NCBI GenBank assembly: GCA_002189035.1
Contig: NEEC01000013.1
Coordinates: forward strand, 806,001 to 870,000
Reading direction: 5' to 3'
DNA: 64,000 nucleotides
DNA from: Utricularia gibba
Lineage: Eukaryota; Plantae; Magnoliophyta
In this document: piece by piece, positions 41,701-54,448 of the stretch
Numbering within the stretch: the stretch's first letter is position 1
How the letters are laid out: the number at the start of each line of letters is the position of its first letter
Notes under the pieces: generated by a model
The model's input: the letters and a program-made list of their open reading frames with translations, nothing else
Databases searched by the model: none
Told to the model about the DNA's origin: nothing
Position numbers and translations under genes: made by a program

Positions 41701-41786
41701 AATTTGACCCTCGCAAAAGTTCCTTCCCCAATTGTTCTTCCCATCTCATACTTGCCAATCCTTCGCTTCACTTTCGGCTGACTCAT
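38744..41786 (-). CDS. CIPK: CBL-interacting protein kinase (intron-rich clade, CIPK3/26-like), 14 exons
   Basis: [63 protein letters not shown] motif ([15 protein letters not shown]) and end [19 protein letters not shown]. All exons assemble in frame by eye. Confidence 0.96.
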
Positions 41787-43060
41787 TTTCACTTAGATGT
41801 CAGGCACCCTTCTCTTTTATCCTTAAAGTCAAGTGACACTACCACCACTACAGTGATACACCAAGATGGGAGCCAAAAAGCAGCGAATGCCTCGGAATCT
41901 ACAGCGCAGATCAGGATGGAAAAGGGCACGATGAAGGCCAAAGTCCAAGGACTTGTCAACCAAACGACTACAGAAACCCGAGAAAAATCAATCCCACCAC
42001 ACCCTTTTCGTTAAACTCTCTCTACAAGCCTGCGGTGTTCACCAAGATGACAAGTAGTGCACTTCTCTTTGCTTGCCTCTTTCCACGAAACAAAATAGGT
42101 GGAGGGAGATGGCGTTCTGTCGACAAGTCGTGTCGCCCAGCATATCCCACCAAGCTCAAATAAATGGCTGATGAATTAGGCCATGATTACCCTGATCTAC
42201 AATTTTAAAAATTAATTATTCTAACATTATATCTTATACGCTAATATCAAAATTTTACATATAAAATGGTTATTTTTCACATACACTAATAATAGAATAG
42301 CTACTTTTCAAATTCATCCTCAAAAGGAGATGTCATTCCACCAAATTGAATTTAACTCTATAATTTGTGGTGCAAAACAGTTGAAGCATGTTATTTTTTT
42401 GCTCACTGATAATCATTTATTCAATCCCCATCGAGCGGTTCATTGATTGAAGTAACTGTGTCTGGGACAACTTGTCGATACCTTCATTATGGCAGTGCAA
42501 CAGATGAGTGTATGTGTTTGCACCAAATTAAATGGGCCGGCCCCGAACAGCACAGGGGACCATCAGCTTCTTGTAACAGTGACGCGTTACTGAACCTTTT
42601 TTTATAGTGAGTGCATCCTAAGGGATTTGAATTCTTGACCGTGAAAAGGATTTGTGGGTTAGCAGAGTCCACACATGCACCGAAAGAAGAGTGCCGGTGC
42701 TTGCTGACTTGTATGGACTTGGACTGTATAGCCCATGGGGACATGGAAGTCATCATACAAGCAACAACGCACTGTTCTGCACCAAGAGTTGTCCAGTAGA
42801 AATGTAAGGAGTAATCAGACATACCAACAGATGCAAGATGGAGAGCGTTGAAGGAAATTGGGAGATAAACAAAGTGCGTTACAAGGTACATGAACTAGGA
42901 ACACTGAAAGAAGAGACTTGATGGCGACTACGAAGAAGCTAGGAGAACAACCACAAGAAACAGGACAGGAGTGGTTGGAGGAAGATGATATCCAAAAACC
43001 ACAGTACTAAATAGGCCAGATTGTCTAACCTGATTCAAAGTTGGGTAAGATGAAGTTTTC

Positions 43061-43969
43061 TCACTTGGCCATCATAACTTTGACAAACTCCTCGTAGTTG
43101 ATCTGCCCATCACCATCCACATCCGCCTCGCGGATCATTTCGTCAACCTCCTCATCAGTTAACTTCTCACCAAGATTGGTCATCACATGGCGAAGTTCAG
43201 CAGCAGAAATGAAACCATTCTGATCTTTGTCGAAAACACGGAAGGCTTCTTTTAAATCCTCCTCAGAATCAGCGTCTTTCATCTTCCTCGCCATCAAGTT
43301 GAGGAACTCCGGGAAGTCAATTGTCCCATTGCCGTCAGCATCCACTTCGTTTATCATGTCCTGAAGTTCAGCTTCAGTGGGATTTTGACCCAGAGAACGC
43401 ATCACGGTACCCAATTCCTTGGTCGTGATGCAACCTGTCACAAGACCACAACATCTTCAAACACAAAAGGCATGGATTTGCCAATTTACTTCTCAGCGCC
43501 AGAGGAGTTGTTAGAGTAACCTCTATACCTAACCATAAATTTTACACTGACAATATCACAAGATAAAATAAGAAAAACCGAAGCATGAAAGTGGCTAAAA
43601 CAGCACAAACGCCTTGCCGGGGACTCTAATTTACCTCATCTTCAATAAAGGGTTCACGTCCATCGGAAGATAAAAACCAAAATACGTCACAAAACCGGGA
43701 GTTTTTCGTAGTCAATTAATTAAAAAGCAAGCCCAAAGAGTCAAGTAAAAAAGAAAACACACTTCGATCTACAGTTGTGGAGCATGAACAAGTTCGTAGA
43801 TCCACACTAACAGCGATTGAATTGAAGAAATACCTCCGAATCGAGACGAGCGAAACTTAAAATGAAGCAAAAACGATAAGAAGAATTACGAACCGTCACC
43901 ATCCTTGTCGAACAGAGAAAAAGCTTCCTTGAATTCAGATATCTGGTCATCGGTGAGCTGATCCGCCAT
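43061..43969 (-). CDS. CAM: Calmodulin, 149 aa, 2 exons (43894-43969, 43061-43434)
   Basis: The 76-nt first exon [26 protein letters not shown] plus a 374-nt exon give four EF-hands ending VKVMMAK*. Confidence 0.98.
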
Positions 43970-44020
43970 TTTTCCTGTTCTCTAAGGAGAGTGTCTTCCG
44001 TTCGATAACAATGAAGCTTT

Positions 44021-44076
44021 ACGCGGAGAGAGAAAGGAGAAAAACTCCAACGGTGGCGTCAGAAAGAAACCGCGTT
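44021..44076. promoter_or_regulatory. Two CGCG boxes (CAMTA-type; one is RSRE CGCGTT) in the calmodulin proximal promoter / 5' region
   Basis: acgcgg at 44021-44026 and ccgcgtt at 44070-44076, 50-110 bp upstream of the ATG in otherwise CpG-poor DNA. Confidence 0.55.
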
Positions 44077-44625
44077 CGGATATTTTTTATTTTAAAAGTA
44101 AAATTACAGATTTGATATAATTTAAAATATTTGAATAAAATATACTTTTCAAACATAGCATTATAACATTACATTCCAAATATAAAGTAGCAAATATTAA
44201 CAAAAATACTGTAGCATAATTCACCTGACATCATCAACCCAACTGCTAAAACTTACTGCATGTTTCTGAGTGTCTATTTTATTAAAAAATATTCATAAAA
44301 CAATATCATTATTAAATATGAATAATTTTTATTTCACAAAACCCAAATAATCAATTAATTCAATGTTTTTTTAAAAAAAACTATAAATCCATAATTTTTT
44401 TATTAGAATATCCATCAAATAGTTTTTCAAATTATTTTGATTTTATTAAAATTTAATATAACAAATATTCAGCATAATAAAATGTAATATCAAATTCAAT
44501 GGTTTAGAATTATAATTTAAGATGTTTAAGACAACCAACTCCAAATCACGCCTAGTAATTTGGGGAACGATATGAGAATCATAAAATAACTAAAAATTCT
44601 ATAGGAGGAAATATCATGATCACGA

Positions 44626-45427
44626 TAAAGGTGGGCACGAATGCAGGTCATTGACTCGTAGCGAGTCAACTCATGATTAGTAATTGTGTGAAAATGAGTA
44701 TAATTTAAGTCCATATTTATGAGTATCAAACGATTAGAAGTTAAGTCCACATTTATGAGTATGAGTCGATAGTCCAAATTAACTCAAATTTTTTATAATA
44801 AAAAATATTTTGAATCAATGTAATGATTCATTATTTTTCTTTTTGTCAAATCTAATTATTATACCCAAATTCAAACCAAAAAAATACTCGTGATTTTGAT
44901 GCTAATTTTTCAAATTTCTAATATAAGATTTGAAAGAGTTTCACTTCTATCATTTTCTATACGTTTTCAATAGAATTTTTAAATCGATTTCTTCTATCAT
45001 TTTATTGTTTTTCACCACTTATAATTTTTTATCTCAATTTTTTGCATGTCTATTTATGTATAATCTTTGTGGAATCTTTCTGTTCCATGATCACATGATT
45101 AAAGCATTGATATCATACCATGAAAACGGAGGATGAATGTATCAATGATGCCGAAGTAACTTCTTCGACCTCGGACAATCAGCAAATCATTTTTGTTAGG
45201 TTGGCATGACCATTTAGTAAATGACATGAACATATATTCCACATAACTATGTATTGTGGATAATTTTTATTTTATTAATTAATTATACTTCTATTGCTTA
45301 GTGATTCATACAGGAGTCGAATCAAAAATCAACTCGTGGTGGGTTGGACTCATCTAGTCCACTTCATCGCCTTTGAATTGTCTGACTCAATTCAAACTTG
45401 AAGGAGATGTACCTGTGCCCACCTCTA
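44626..45427. mobile_element. hAT-type non-autonomous element, 802 bp
   Basis: TIRs taaaggtgggcac / gtgcccacctcta; exact 8-bp TSD gatcacga (44618-44625, 45428-45435); subterminal gactc/gagtc motifs. Confidence 0.92.
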
Positions 45428-45780
45428 GATCACGATCTCAATACTTACAATTTTTTTTTTCATTGAATAATATTTTTTTACAAAATAGATCGTATAACTT
45501 GAATTAACCGCATAGCTTAATTAAATATTAATTTAATAATAAATCATAAAAAAGGTGTGATGTAATATTTTTTAATTAAAAAATTTAACTGAAAAGAACA
45601 TATTATGATTTTGAATTAAACTGCATATCTATTTTTTAAAAAAATATATATATAAAGCGTTACATGAGCATGACGTTGTGGAGCTCTCTTTTCATCCAAC
45701 TAGAAATATCGTATCGTAAGAGAATCAGAGAACCTATGCTTACTTATGGTCAAGGGCTCCCATGCTTTTTTTTTCTTGGT

Positions 45781-45940
45781 GCACATTTTCGTTAATCCAT
45801 GAACAGGATCTATACATCTCGATCGGAAAAGAATCAAGAGAAAAAGAAAGAATCGGAATTGATCGATAGATTTCTCGAAACAAACGAAAAGGAAACGAAA
45901 GATGAAACATAAATCATGGATCAACTAAGCCCTCTCGGGG
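45781..45940 (+). other. Nuclear plastid DNA insertion (NUPT): rps7 3' end plus rps7-ndhB spacer
   Basis: gcacattttcgttaa encodes AHFR*, the plastid rps7 C-terminus, followed by tccatgaacaggatctatacatctcgatcggaaaagaatc...ggatcaactaagccctctcgggg, recalled as the inverted-repeat spacer. Confidence 0.8.
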
Positions 45941-46878
45941 GTCGCTATCGGCTAGCGCCGTGACTCTAGGGCATTCTTTCGCGCCTAAGACACTCTACTC
46001 TAAAAGAGCTTTCTTCACCTGTCCTTTTTCTATGTAAGTGAATTCTAAAGAGGTCTAGGACCATATCCGGTGTGGGCTTTAATTTTCAAACAATTCTAAA
46101 AAGTTCTTTAAAGAATTCTAAAGATCACGTACCGCTTTAATTAAAAAAATTGAAAAAAACAAATCGTATATAATAGAATTTATGTTCTCTAACTCCTTAA
46201 ATATAATGAGACTATAAATGTAATTTTTTATATATAACTATTCAATTCCTATATTTTAATCTCGGATACCAAATAATTGATAAAAATAAAATTTTAATAA
46301 ATTGACGAAGTTTATTTATATATAATGAAATAAATTAATTCCAGATTAAACAGACCTAATAGTTGAGTTGGGTGGTGGGATGATATAAACACAAGTATCC
46401 ATTTTTAACGCAGCTGCACAGAAAAATGGACCAGAATAGAAGAGTAGGAGACGTGTCCTAACTGTGGAGACGCGTGTCGGTGCTGTTCAGACATGGAGTT
46501 CTTTTTGGACCGGGTTTGCCCTTCTGTGCCATGGTGAAAAAGGTTAATAATATAAGACAAGCTTTTCATACATATTAAAGAATAATATCGCAGAAATGGA
46601 ATTTTAATTGTAATATTAAGGCAAGTCCTCGCACAAGCCACGTTTTCCCTCCCTCGAGGCCACGTTTTTCCTCCAACTCATTGGAATATTAAATTACAAA
46701 TTATTAATTAATTGGAAAGGTTATTTTTAAGGGAAGCGAAAACCTAGAAGGCTCAAGGCAGTGGCAGCCTCCCTAAAATGTCTTGACCGCTGCTGCTGCA
46801 TTTCCTCTCCATCACTCGTTATTCTTCAGATGTATTCGCGGCTCCAGAATTCGAACCTCTTGATCCCATCATCGAGTC

Positions 46879-47571
46879 ATGCTGGTGAAGCAATCCTCTG
46901 AAAGCCCATCGCCATTTCTTGATCCTGGGCTTTCATGGAAGAAGCAGATCAGACCTATGATGAAAGGTGTTCGACATTATTCCTTAGACACGATGAATTT
47001 AGAAGAAACTGATGTTCTTGATCTCCCCGAGCCTTCTTCTTCCTCTCCACCGTCATCTCTTTCCTCTGGCTCCCACATCAAGACTGAAAATGGAAACGGG
47101 AACCGGGGGAGAAGAAGGGTGTATAGACACCGAGAAAGCTTCTCTTCAGCGAACTCCGAATCCCTGTCGATGTGCACAGAGGGGCTCGGATTCGAGAGTT
47201 TCGACGACGTTGAGGATTTGTTGAGGAACGACATTTTGGGGAACAAGGAGTCTCTGTTAGAGGAGGAGGGGAGAACAAGTAGCGGAAGCATCGAGGGTAA
47301 CAATGGTGAATCCCTTTGGGGCGAATCACTGAGATCAAGATCGAGTATGGGATCGACGGCTTCGTTTCCTCCTCCCATCTCTTCTATTGGGAAAAGTGGG
47401 AAGCAATTGGTTTGCTTCAAATCGATTAGGAAAGAGGGGAGATTTATCCTCAGGGAGATTAGAATTCCCACGTCGAATCTGCTGGATACGTGCAGAGAAA
47501 ATGGGCGTTTGAAGATGAAGTTCTTGTGCTTTGAAGATGGTGATGACGATGAGGAGGAGGGAGGAGATTGA
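46879..47571 (+). CDS. FAF: FANTASTIC FOUR (FAF)-like protein, single exon, 230 aa
   Basis: LSMCTEGLGFES and FPPPISSIGK...FKSIRKEGRFILREIRIP....CRENGRLKMKF (FAF domain); acidic tail. Confidence 0.9.
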   Translation: MLVKQSSESPSPFLDPGLSWKKQIRPMMKGVRHYSLDTMNLEETDVLDLPEPSSSSPPSSLSSGSHIKTENGNGNRGRRRVYRHRESFSSANSESLSMCTEGLGFESFDDVEDLLRNDILGNKESLLEEEGRTSSGSIEGNNGESLWGESLRSRSSMGSTASFPPPISSIGKSGKQLVCFKSIRKEGRFILREIRIPTSNLLDTCRENGRLKMKFLCFEDGDDDEEEGGD

Positions 47572-48869
47572 AAGGAGTGGGTTTGTGTAATGGAGCTTCA
47601 GTAAATAAGGAGTGAGTTCATTCGTGTATACATTACTACTGAAATGCACATTTCTTTTCAGGAAAGGAGTGATTTTTTTGGAAACCATATCTGTTTTTTT
47701 TTTTTTTTTTCAATATTTTAATTTAATTTCCGTTTATTTTTAAATACGTATTTATGCTTCTATGCACCAAGGAAATTGTGGAAAAAATTCTAGAAACTAA
47801 AATTTTAAAACTTATACTTTATTGATACTATAAACCGTCACTTTTTTGAATTTAAAAACTCATCGTATTAATAAATGTTGATTAAATAAATTTAAAAATC
47901 TTAAGTTTCGATGAAACTTAAAACCTTGGCTGTAATTTAGAATTAGAAGGAATTAGGAATAGGAAATTAAGTTATTATTTTTCGGAGTAATATATTATAC
48001 TTGAATATATCATTTAATTTTTTTCCAAAAAAGAATTATTTAATGTCCTCGTTTTCATTTATCTTCACATTATTGGATTGTGCCATGTGCATATGGATTG
48101 TCTCTATGGATTTATTAAATAATGTGAACTTCTAGTGTTTTAGTTTGGGATTGTATTTGTTTTGACTAACGTTTTTTTATCAATTTGATAATTTCAGTGT
48201 AATGACCACTCAAATTTAATTGTTTGACTAGTTTTGATTTGTTTGTTGGTAAAATAGGTATAACTATTATAATAATATTTTATTTTTTATATTAATTTAT
48301 CATATATTAATAATTGTATTTATTATTATATTAAAATTTTAATTTGAATCATCAAGTTTAATGGATTCAACAACATTACATTAATCAATTTTTCCTAATA
48401 TATGACCAAATCATTAGTGACAATTGAATGTAAACACTGATCATTTTTATCATTTGATTAATCTATGTAATATATGACCAATTCTCACTCTTTCAAATCC
48501 TAGAATTTTTTTTATATCCAGACCTGCAATAGGTAGTGGTGACTAAAAGATAGCACATCTATATCATCTAATAGCCTCTTTGTTAAAAACAAATTATATT
48601 TAAATCTCACACTAGAAGAGTATTTAATAAATGTAATTTGGTCATGCCTAACTCCAAGTGCATCATACCTAAGAACTCCATGTTTGAGAAATTGACCACT
48701 CGTTGATTCGTGAAATCTCCTACTGAATAAGTAGCAAATCCATATGTCCTATGAGATGTATTCATTAGATTGGCAAATTCTTGTTGTATCACTTGCAATA
48801 AGTTTTAAGGAGAGGATTATAAATCATACCATTAGTAGTATAGAATGGTTTCTCTAATGGGGACTCAAC

Positions 48870-50150
48870 TAAATGAAGTATTAAGTATCATTTTCTACTT
48901 ATTTATTATGTGTTATTATGTATTAATTAGGTATTAAATTACCCAAATCAAGAGTTAAATTGATAATTATTCTATTTTCTTAGAAAAATCTTATTTTTGT
49001 ATTTTACGTATATTTTGTTGTTTTTTTTCGTGTACTTTCACCCAAAATATCAGAAGGCAGGCTTCACGTGTTGCAGAAGACTTATAGGAGACCAAACATT
49101 GAAGTTTCGTACCTTTCATGCAACTTTGATCAATTGTGGGCAAAAGACTAACACTAGTCATAATCCCTAACTTACGACATGTCAGAATCTATAACAATGA
49201 TTGAGTGTTTACTTGCACGCATGAGAAAACTGACAGCACACACAAGATAGAAAGAATGATTGAAGAGGAGCAGAAGAAGTGAGTGAATTAAAACCAACTT
49301 GAAACACTCGTTTTCAGACCTTTTCGCACTTTGTTTCTAGATTTAGAACTTTTAGTTATTCCTCTCCACCAAGGGAGGAAGAACACTTAAGCTTTCCATT
49401 TCGTTTTATATTTTCATGATCATTCGTAGCTAAATTCTTTTAGTTCTTGGGAGTAAATAAAGTTTCCTTGAGCATCAATCTCGGTTCTTTGCTGAATTCA
49501 TTCCGAATTTTGGATACTTCTACGCGTCTTGTTGCAGTCTCTCTATAATATCTTGTAGTCACGGTTCATGAGTAGCAGGCTACTCCTCGCGGATTTCGAT
49601 GAAGAGCAAGGTGAAGAGCACCATCTCTAACCCTATTGATTTGAAGGAAGTAGCGAATTTTTTGTGACCGAGGTACTATGACATTGGACAGATAGTGACC
49701 TCGTACTTGCCTTTGGTCATTGACACAGTTGGGCACACGTGCAGAATTCTTTTTTAAAGGCAATCGATGGTAATCCTCTTGTCTTTTTCAACGTCCAAGG
49801 GGGAATCACATGAGGCTATTCTCGTGTTTTTTTGTCAATCAGAGTGTAAGCTATTCCTTATTCTTATAACCAGCTATTTGGAAAGAATAAGTGAAAGCTG
49901 AGGCGAGGATAGACAAAAGGAACAAACGGAATCCAATTCCTAGGAACTACAACCATTAGTCAATATCAATTACTTGCATTGTAATTTTTATTTCTGTATT
50001 TCAAAAATTCCCTTTTACAAACCCGTTACAATTTGTAAAGGTTTTCTACAAAACACTTTTCGTGAAACTCAGCTCCCTGAGATCAACACTCATATTACGC
50101 TTATTTGTATTTTACATTTTTTCTAAATTAAATTTTTTTGAGAAAATGAC
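48870..50150 (+). mobile_element. Probable degenerate solo LTR (Athila-like); boundaries approximate
   Basis: LTR-like layout with a 3' gctccctgagatcaacactc motif resembling the 12305-12335 LTR end; no TSD resolved. Confidence 0.5.
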
Positions 50151-50279
50151 ACGCAATATGGAGCATGGGTGAGAATGAGTTATATGCATTATTCTATCGA
50201 AAAACTTATTGGTCTGTTATTGTAGAAACCAAATTTTTATTGGATCTTCGATATATACATTTGTTGCCTTGGTTTATAA

Positions 50280-50920
50280 CCTTTCTTCCTTCATCAAGGA
50301 AGTGCTCCTTTCATTGTGTAGCAACTATCTTTCATGTATCCAAGTTTCTTGCAGATTACATAAAACCAATTATCCCTTTTTTGTCCAGGATCTAAGTAAG
50401 ATAAGTATTTTACCCAACAATGATATGGCTCATGTTTTGGGTAGGCTTGCTAAACATTGGAGAGTCAAAACAAAATGCTCACTGCATTCTCTTGTCGCAT
50501 GCTTATTTGGTATTCAACATTTAATAAATATCATAAGCTTTAGAAACAAACATTATCTACTCCATGAACAATATTTTATTTTGCTTGGCACCAAACTGAG
50601 GATTCAATCCTATAATAAATTGATTCAACTTTGTGATCTCAAAAAAACTTATCAGACAAATGGTTAGTTTGCAACCATTATATCAGACTTCCACAATGCG
50701 TTCAGTTATGTATATGATTTAACAATGCTCAAGTCTCCATGCTTGAAATTGTATAGATCTTGTTGTACTTGATAGAATATATTGTTATTTAGCTATCCAT
50801 AATGACTCTCCATTGTTATCCACAATTCGTATGCATTGATACGTTCTATACAATAGGCAACAAAATCCTTCAAAATGGAGTTTAGCAACCAAGACATAAC
50901 CATAAAATCATCCTCACCCA
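50280..50920 (-). pseudogene. Ty1/copia gag remnant
   Basis: DDFMVMSWLLNSILKDFVAYCIERINAYELW...QGD-like KHGDLSIV..Y..LNALWK and a degenerate zinc knuckle (ICKKLGYMKDSCY). Confidence 0.7.
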
Positions 50921-51339
50921 CAAGTCATAAGTGGGGTGTGTAGGATTTGGCCTCAGTACATCTCCATACACCGATCATGTTTATTCTTTGCTTTTAAAGC
51001 CCGGTAAATACTAGGAGGCGAAATCGGTTATGTAGGCTACTTTATATTGTGAGTGTGGAAATTGGGCTGTTTCACGTCCATGTGTGGAGAAAGTAAACAA
51101 TCTTGCATGCAAATTTTCTCCATTGAAAAGTTTCAATAATACAACAACATCTACTTCTCTTTCAATACAAGATTCTGATTCTTCATTTTTTGAATAAAAA
51201 CATGAGCCAGTGACAATTGGAAACATTGATGAAGATGGGTTTCAAGAAAATTTTGATACCAATAATCAATTGTTATGAGTTCCTGTTTTACATGCAGCAA
51301 GTTTGGGGTATCAGTTTTCAGGTAATGCTTATGAAAGAT

Positions 51340-54300
51340 TGGCTATTTTATTCAAAGGGGAGAGCCGATGTTAGCCAATGAATTACCTACTAAACGAGTA
51401 TATATAAGCTATGATCTTGATAATTCTATTCTGGAAGTAGGATTGGGATTTAAATCTAAAGAGGAAGCTTATTTTTGTGTTCTTCATTGGCACATAAAGA
51501 AGCCTTTTTAGTTTTGTGTCGTTGAAAGTAAATCAAAGCATCTGGTGTTAAAATGCTATTCTGCTTTAGTGACTCAATGTGAGTTTCATATTCGTCTCTA
51601 TAAATCGAAGCAAGATGGAATGTGACAGTTCAAAGTTTTTTATCCTCATACTTGTAGAAATGGAATTGAGGGAAACAAATATAGAAACATCTCTGTAAAT
51701 TTCATTGGACGAGATTTGACAGATTATGTTTGGAATATGCAAGGTAATACGATTTTTTATTATTAATTTTTGGTTTAATTAGCATTATTTTTTAAAATTT
51801 ATTTATTTATTTTAGAGTTGACGGTTCGTAAGGCAATTGCTGAGATACAAATCATGTACAATTATATTATTGATTATGAAAAAACCTGGTTTGGTGTTCA
51901 ACGTGCATTTGAACTTGTTCATGGATCTTGGGATCATCAATGAATAAATTCCTTCATCATATGTTTGCGCTCCAAGTGACAAATCCGGAGACAATTGTAG
52001 AATGATCGATTTATGATACGCAATCGGGACTTGATCATAAGATATTTCGGTATGTTTTTTGAGCTTTTAAGCCTTGTGTAGAGGCATATCAATTGTGTGC
52101 CCCTGATCCTTTCAATTGATGCAACACATCTCTATGCACGGTAATATTTCTACCCTCGTATAATGTTTTGTCATTTTTCATAGTCTAAATATAATTTTGA
52201 TATACAGGTATGATCATAAATTATTAATTGCTATTTGTCGCAATGGTGGTGGGCATATTATACCTGTTGCATATGCTCTTGTGGATGATAAAAATCTTGA
52301 ATCTTATTCTTGGTTTATTGAGCAATTGGATTATTTCGTTATTAAATGACAAGTTGGTACAATTATCTCTGATAGGCATTCAGGTATATTGGGCAATGTG
52401 AGTTCTAAAGAGGTATTCAATACCGGCAGGCTTCATCATTGATGGTGTCTTAGACATTTTGTGTCTAATTTTAGCAAGTCGGTAAAAAAAAAGAAACTGA
52501 AAGATTGTTTATATGCGGCTGGTGCTATTCCAAATTTGGTGAAATTCCAAAGTTACATGAAGAAAATAATGACTTATCAACTAGCAGCAGAATGGTTAAA
52601 TCGTATGGAGATTTTGAACAACATGAATAAATGGGTAAATGCATACGATAATGGTAAGCGTCACGGATATTTGACGACGAATCAAGTGGAATGCATGAAT
52701 GGCGTATTCAAACAAATACGAAGATATCTCATATGCAGCATTGTAGATTCCACTTTTTATTGGATTCAAAAAATGTTCATTAAAAGACGGCAAAAGGTCG
52801 CTCATTTCAATGATAATAGAGAGGTAAATTATGCTATTTTTAATTGCAGTACTATGCTATTTTTACTAATTCAAATTTTTTTGTAGATGTTTACAGATGA
52901 GACGAACTCATGGTTTCATACACAACAACAAAAGGAATGATAAACGAAAAATTACGCAATGTTGTTAAATTGCAAATTTCTCCTATCAAATAAATTTATA
53001 ACCTAATACACATTCAAGCATAAAACAATTATGAGCATAGTGATTAGGGTTGAACACGAAGAGCAGTTGCTTGCTATGTGAAAGTTAATGCATGAAATCA
53101 ATTTCACGTTGGTAAAATTGGTTTTAGCTAAATACAGTAAAGAAAAGTAATAAGTTCTGGAACTCGGTTGTTTTTGGAAGGGAATGGGTGATGCCTTGGG
53201 ACTCCTAGGGGATATATGCTCATCATTAAACAAACTCATACAAACCACAAATCATACAACTAACTCACAAGATCTAGGTCTACCCGGATTCTTGTTTTTC
53301 CCCCTAATTTTTGGCCTACCTCTAATTAGGCTTGTTAAGTTGGGTTTCACTACTTCCCCCTTCTGGATCTATCCTGGTTTGTTAAGGAAGTGTCTTGACT
53401 CATGGCTGTTTAGATCTAAAGATTGATTAACATGTTTCTCCCCTTTTTACCCCAAGACACCCCTCCTATGTACTTAGCCACTCATGCTTAAGATAAATTA
53501 AAGTGGAAAAGAAAACATCACCCACAGTGTGCTCATTTCCCAGTCAAATACCAGAAAGCAAACAAGCAATTAATGTGAAGTGTCAACAAAAAAACTGAAA
53601 AATGTCACTAGCTACTCTTAGCTAGGAGTAATGTTCTTCGAAGACAGAAAATAATCTTAGAACTTTAGCTTCGTTCCTATTTGTCTTCCTTCTTCTTCCT
53701 CCCAGAAAACCTTCCCAGAAAATGTGTTCGCGAGTCTCCAAGGGGAGATCTACCTTCTCTCCCCACCTTTCCTCCCTTTTTGTGTGTACCACTTTTCAGA
53801 CATTTGGACTCATTTGCTGCTACTACACTGTGCATATTCGGCTCCTTGGGATTCGTGTTGCGACCTGCACTGCATTGCTCGCGTAAAACTATTAGAAGGT
53901 TGAGACGAAATCGTAGATTTAGTCCCAACTAAGACTAAAATAACACAATTACGGTACTTATGCGCAAAAATATAAAACTAGGTAGTAAAACTAAATTTTT
54001 GTAGCACAATATGAATCTTTTCCATGCACTCAATCACTTAAAAATATGTGTTATCAAGGAAGATCGTTATCAATTGTATTATTGGGATCTTGACCGACTT
54101 GTAGGTTCTGTTTACATTGTCAGCAGAAAACGTGCTAAGCGGAACCGACAAACTGTTGACTTACAAGCCCAAATATGTACATGTAGAAAGTGGTTGATCT
54201 ATCATCTTCCTTGCGCTCATGCTCTGAAATGTGGGAAAATGTGTCGAATGCCATTAAATCAAATGGTCATTTGAGAATCGACCTTGGATTTGTTACAAAT

Positions 54301-54448
54301 GCAGTATGCTGACAAGGTTTTACAAGATTTAGGCCAAAAAGATGGATGGCCAGAGGTTCAATGGTACTTGTATCACAATAAACACCGAGAGAAACATGGA
54401 CGAGGCCGACGTCATGGCACTTGAATACCAAATGAAATGGACGAATAA
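51340..54448 (+). pseudogene. MuDR/MULE transposase (MuDR N-term, MULE DDE, SWIM zinc finger), decayed and split by a solo LTR
   Basis: LEVGLGFKSKEEA, SIDATHLY, IPVAYALVD...ESYSWF, IISDRHSGI, HRWCLRHFVSNF, GYLTTNQVECMNGVFK, TVDLQAQICTCRKWLIYHLPCAHAL and C-terminal IPNEMDE*. Confidence 0.92.
52938..54056 (-). mobile_element. Complete solo LTR, 1119 bp, with 5-bp TSD AGGAA
   Basis: tgataaacg...gtgttatca flanked by aggaa (52933-52937, 54057-54061). Removing it rejoins the transposase frame QQQKE|DRYQ. Confidence 0.95.

Noticed and set aside
41800-43060. Intact polybasic CaaX third exon for calmodulin, and the 134-aa ORF at 42487-42891
   Set aside because: No basic tract with a CaaX was found; the ORF has no recognisable homology and lies in the likely 3' UTR.
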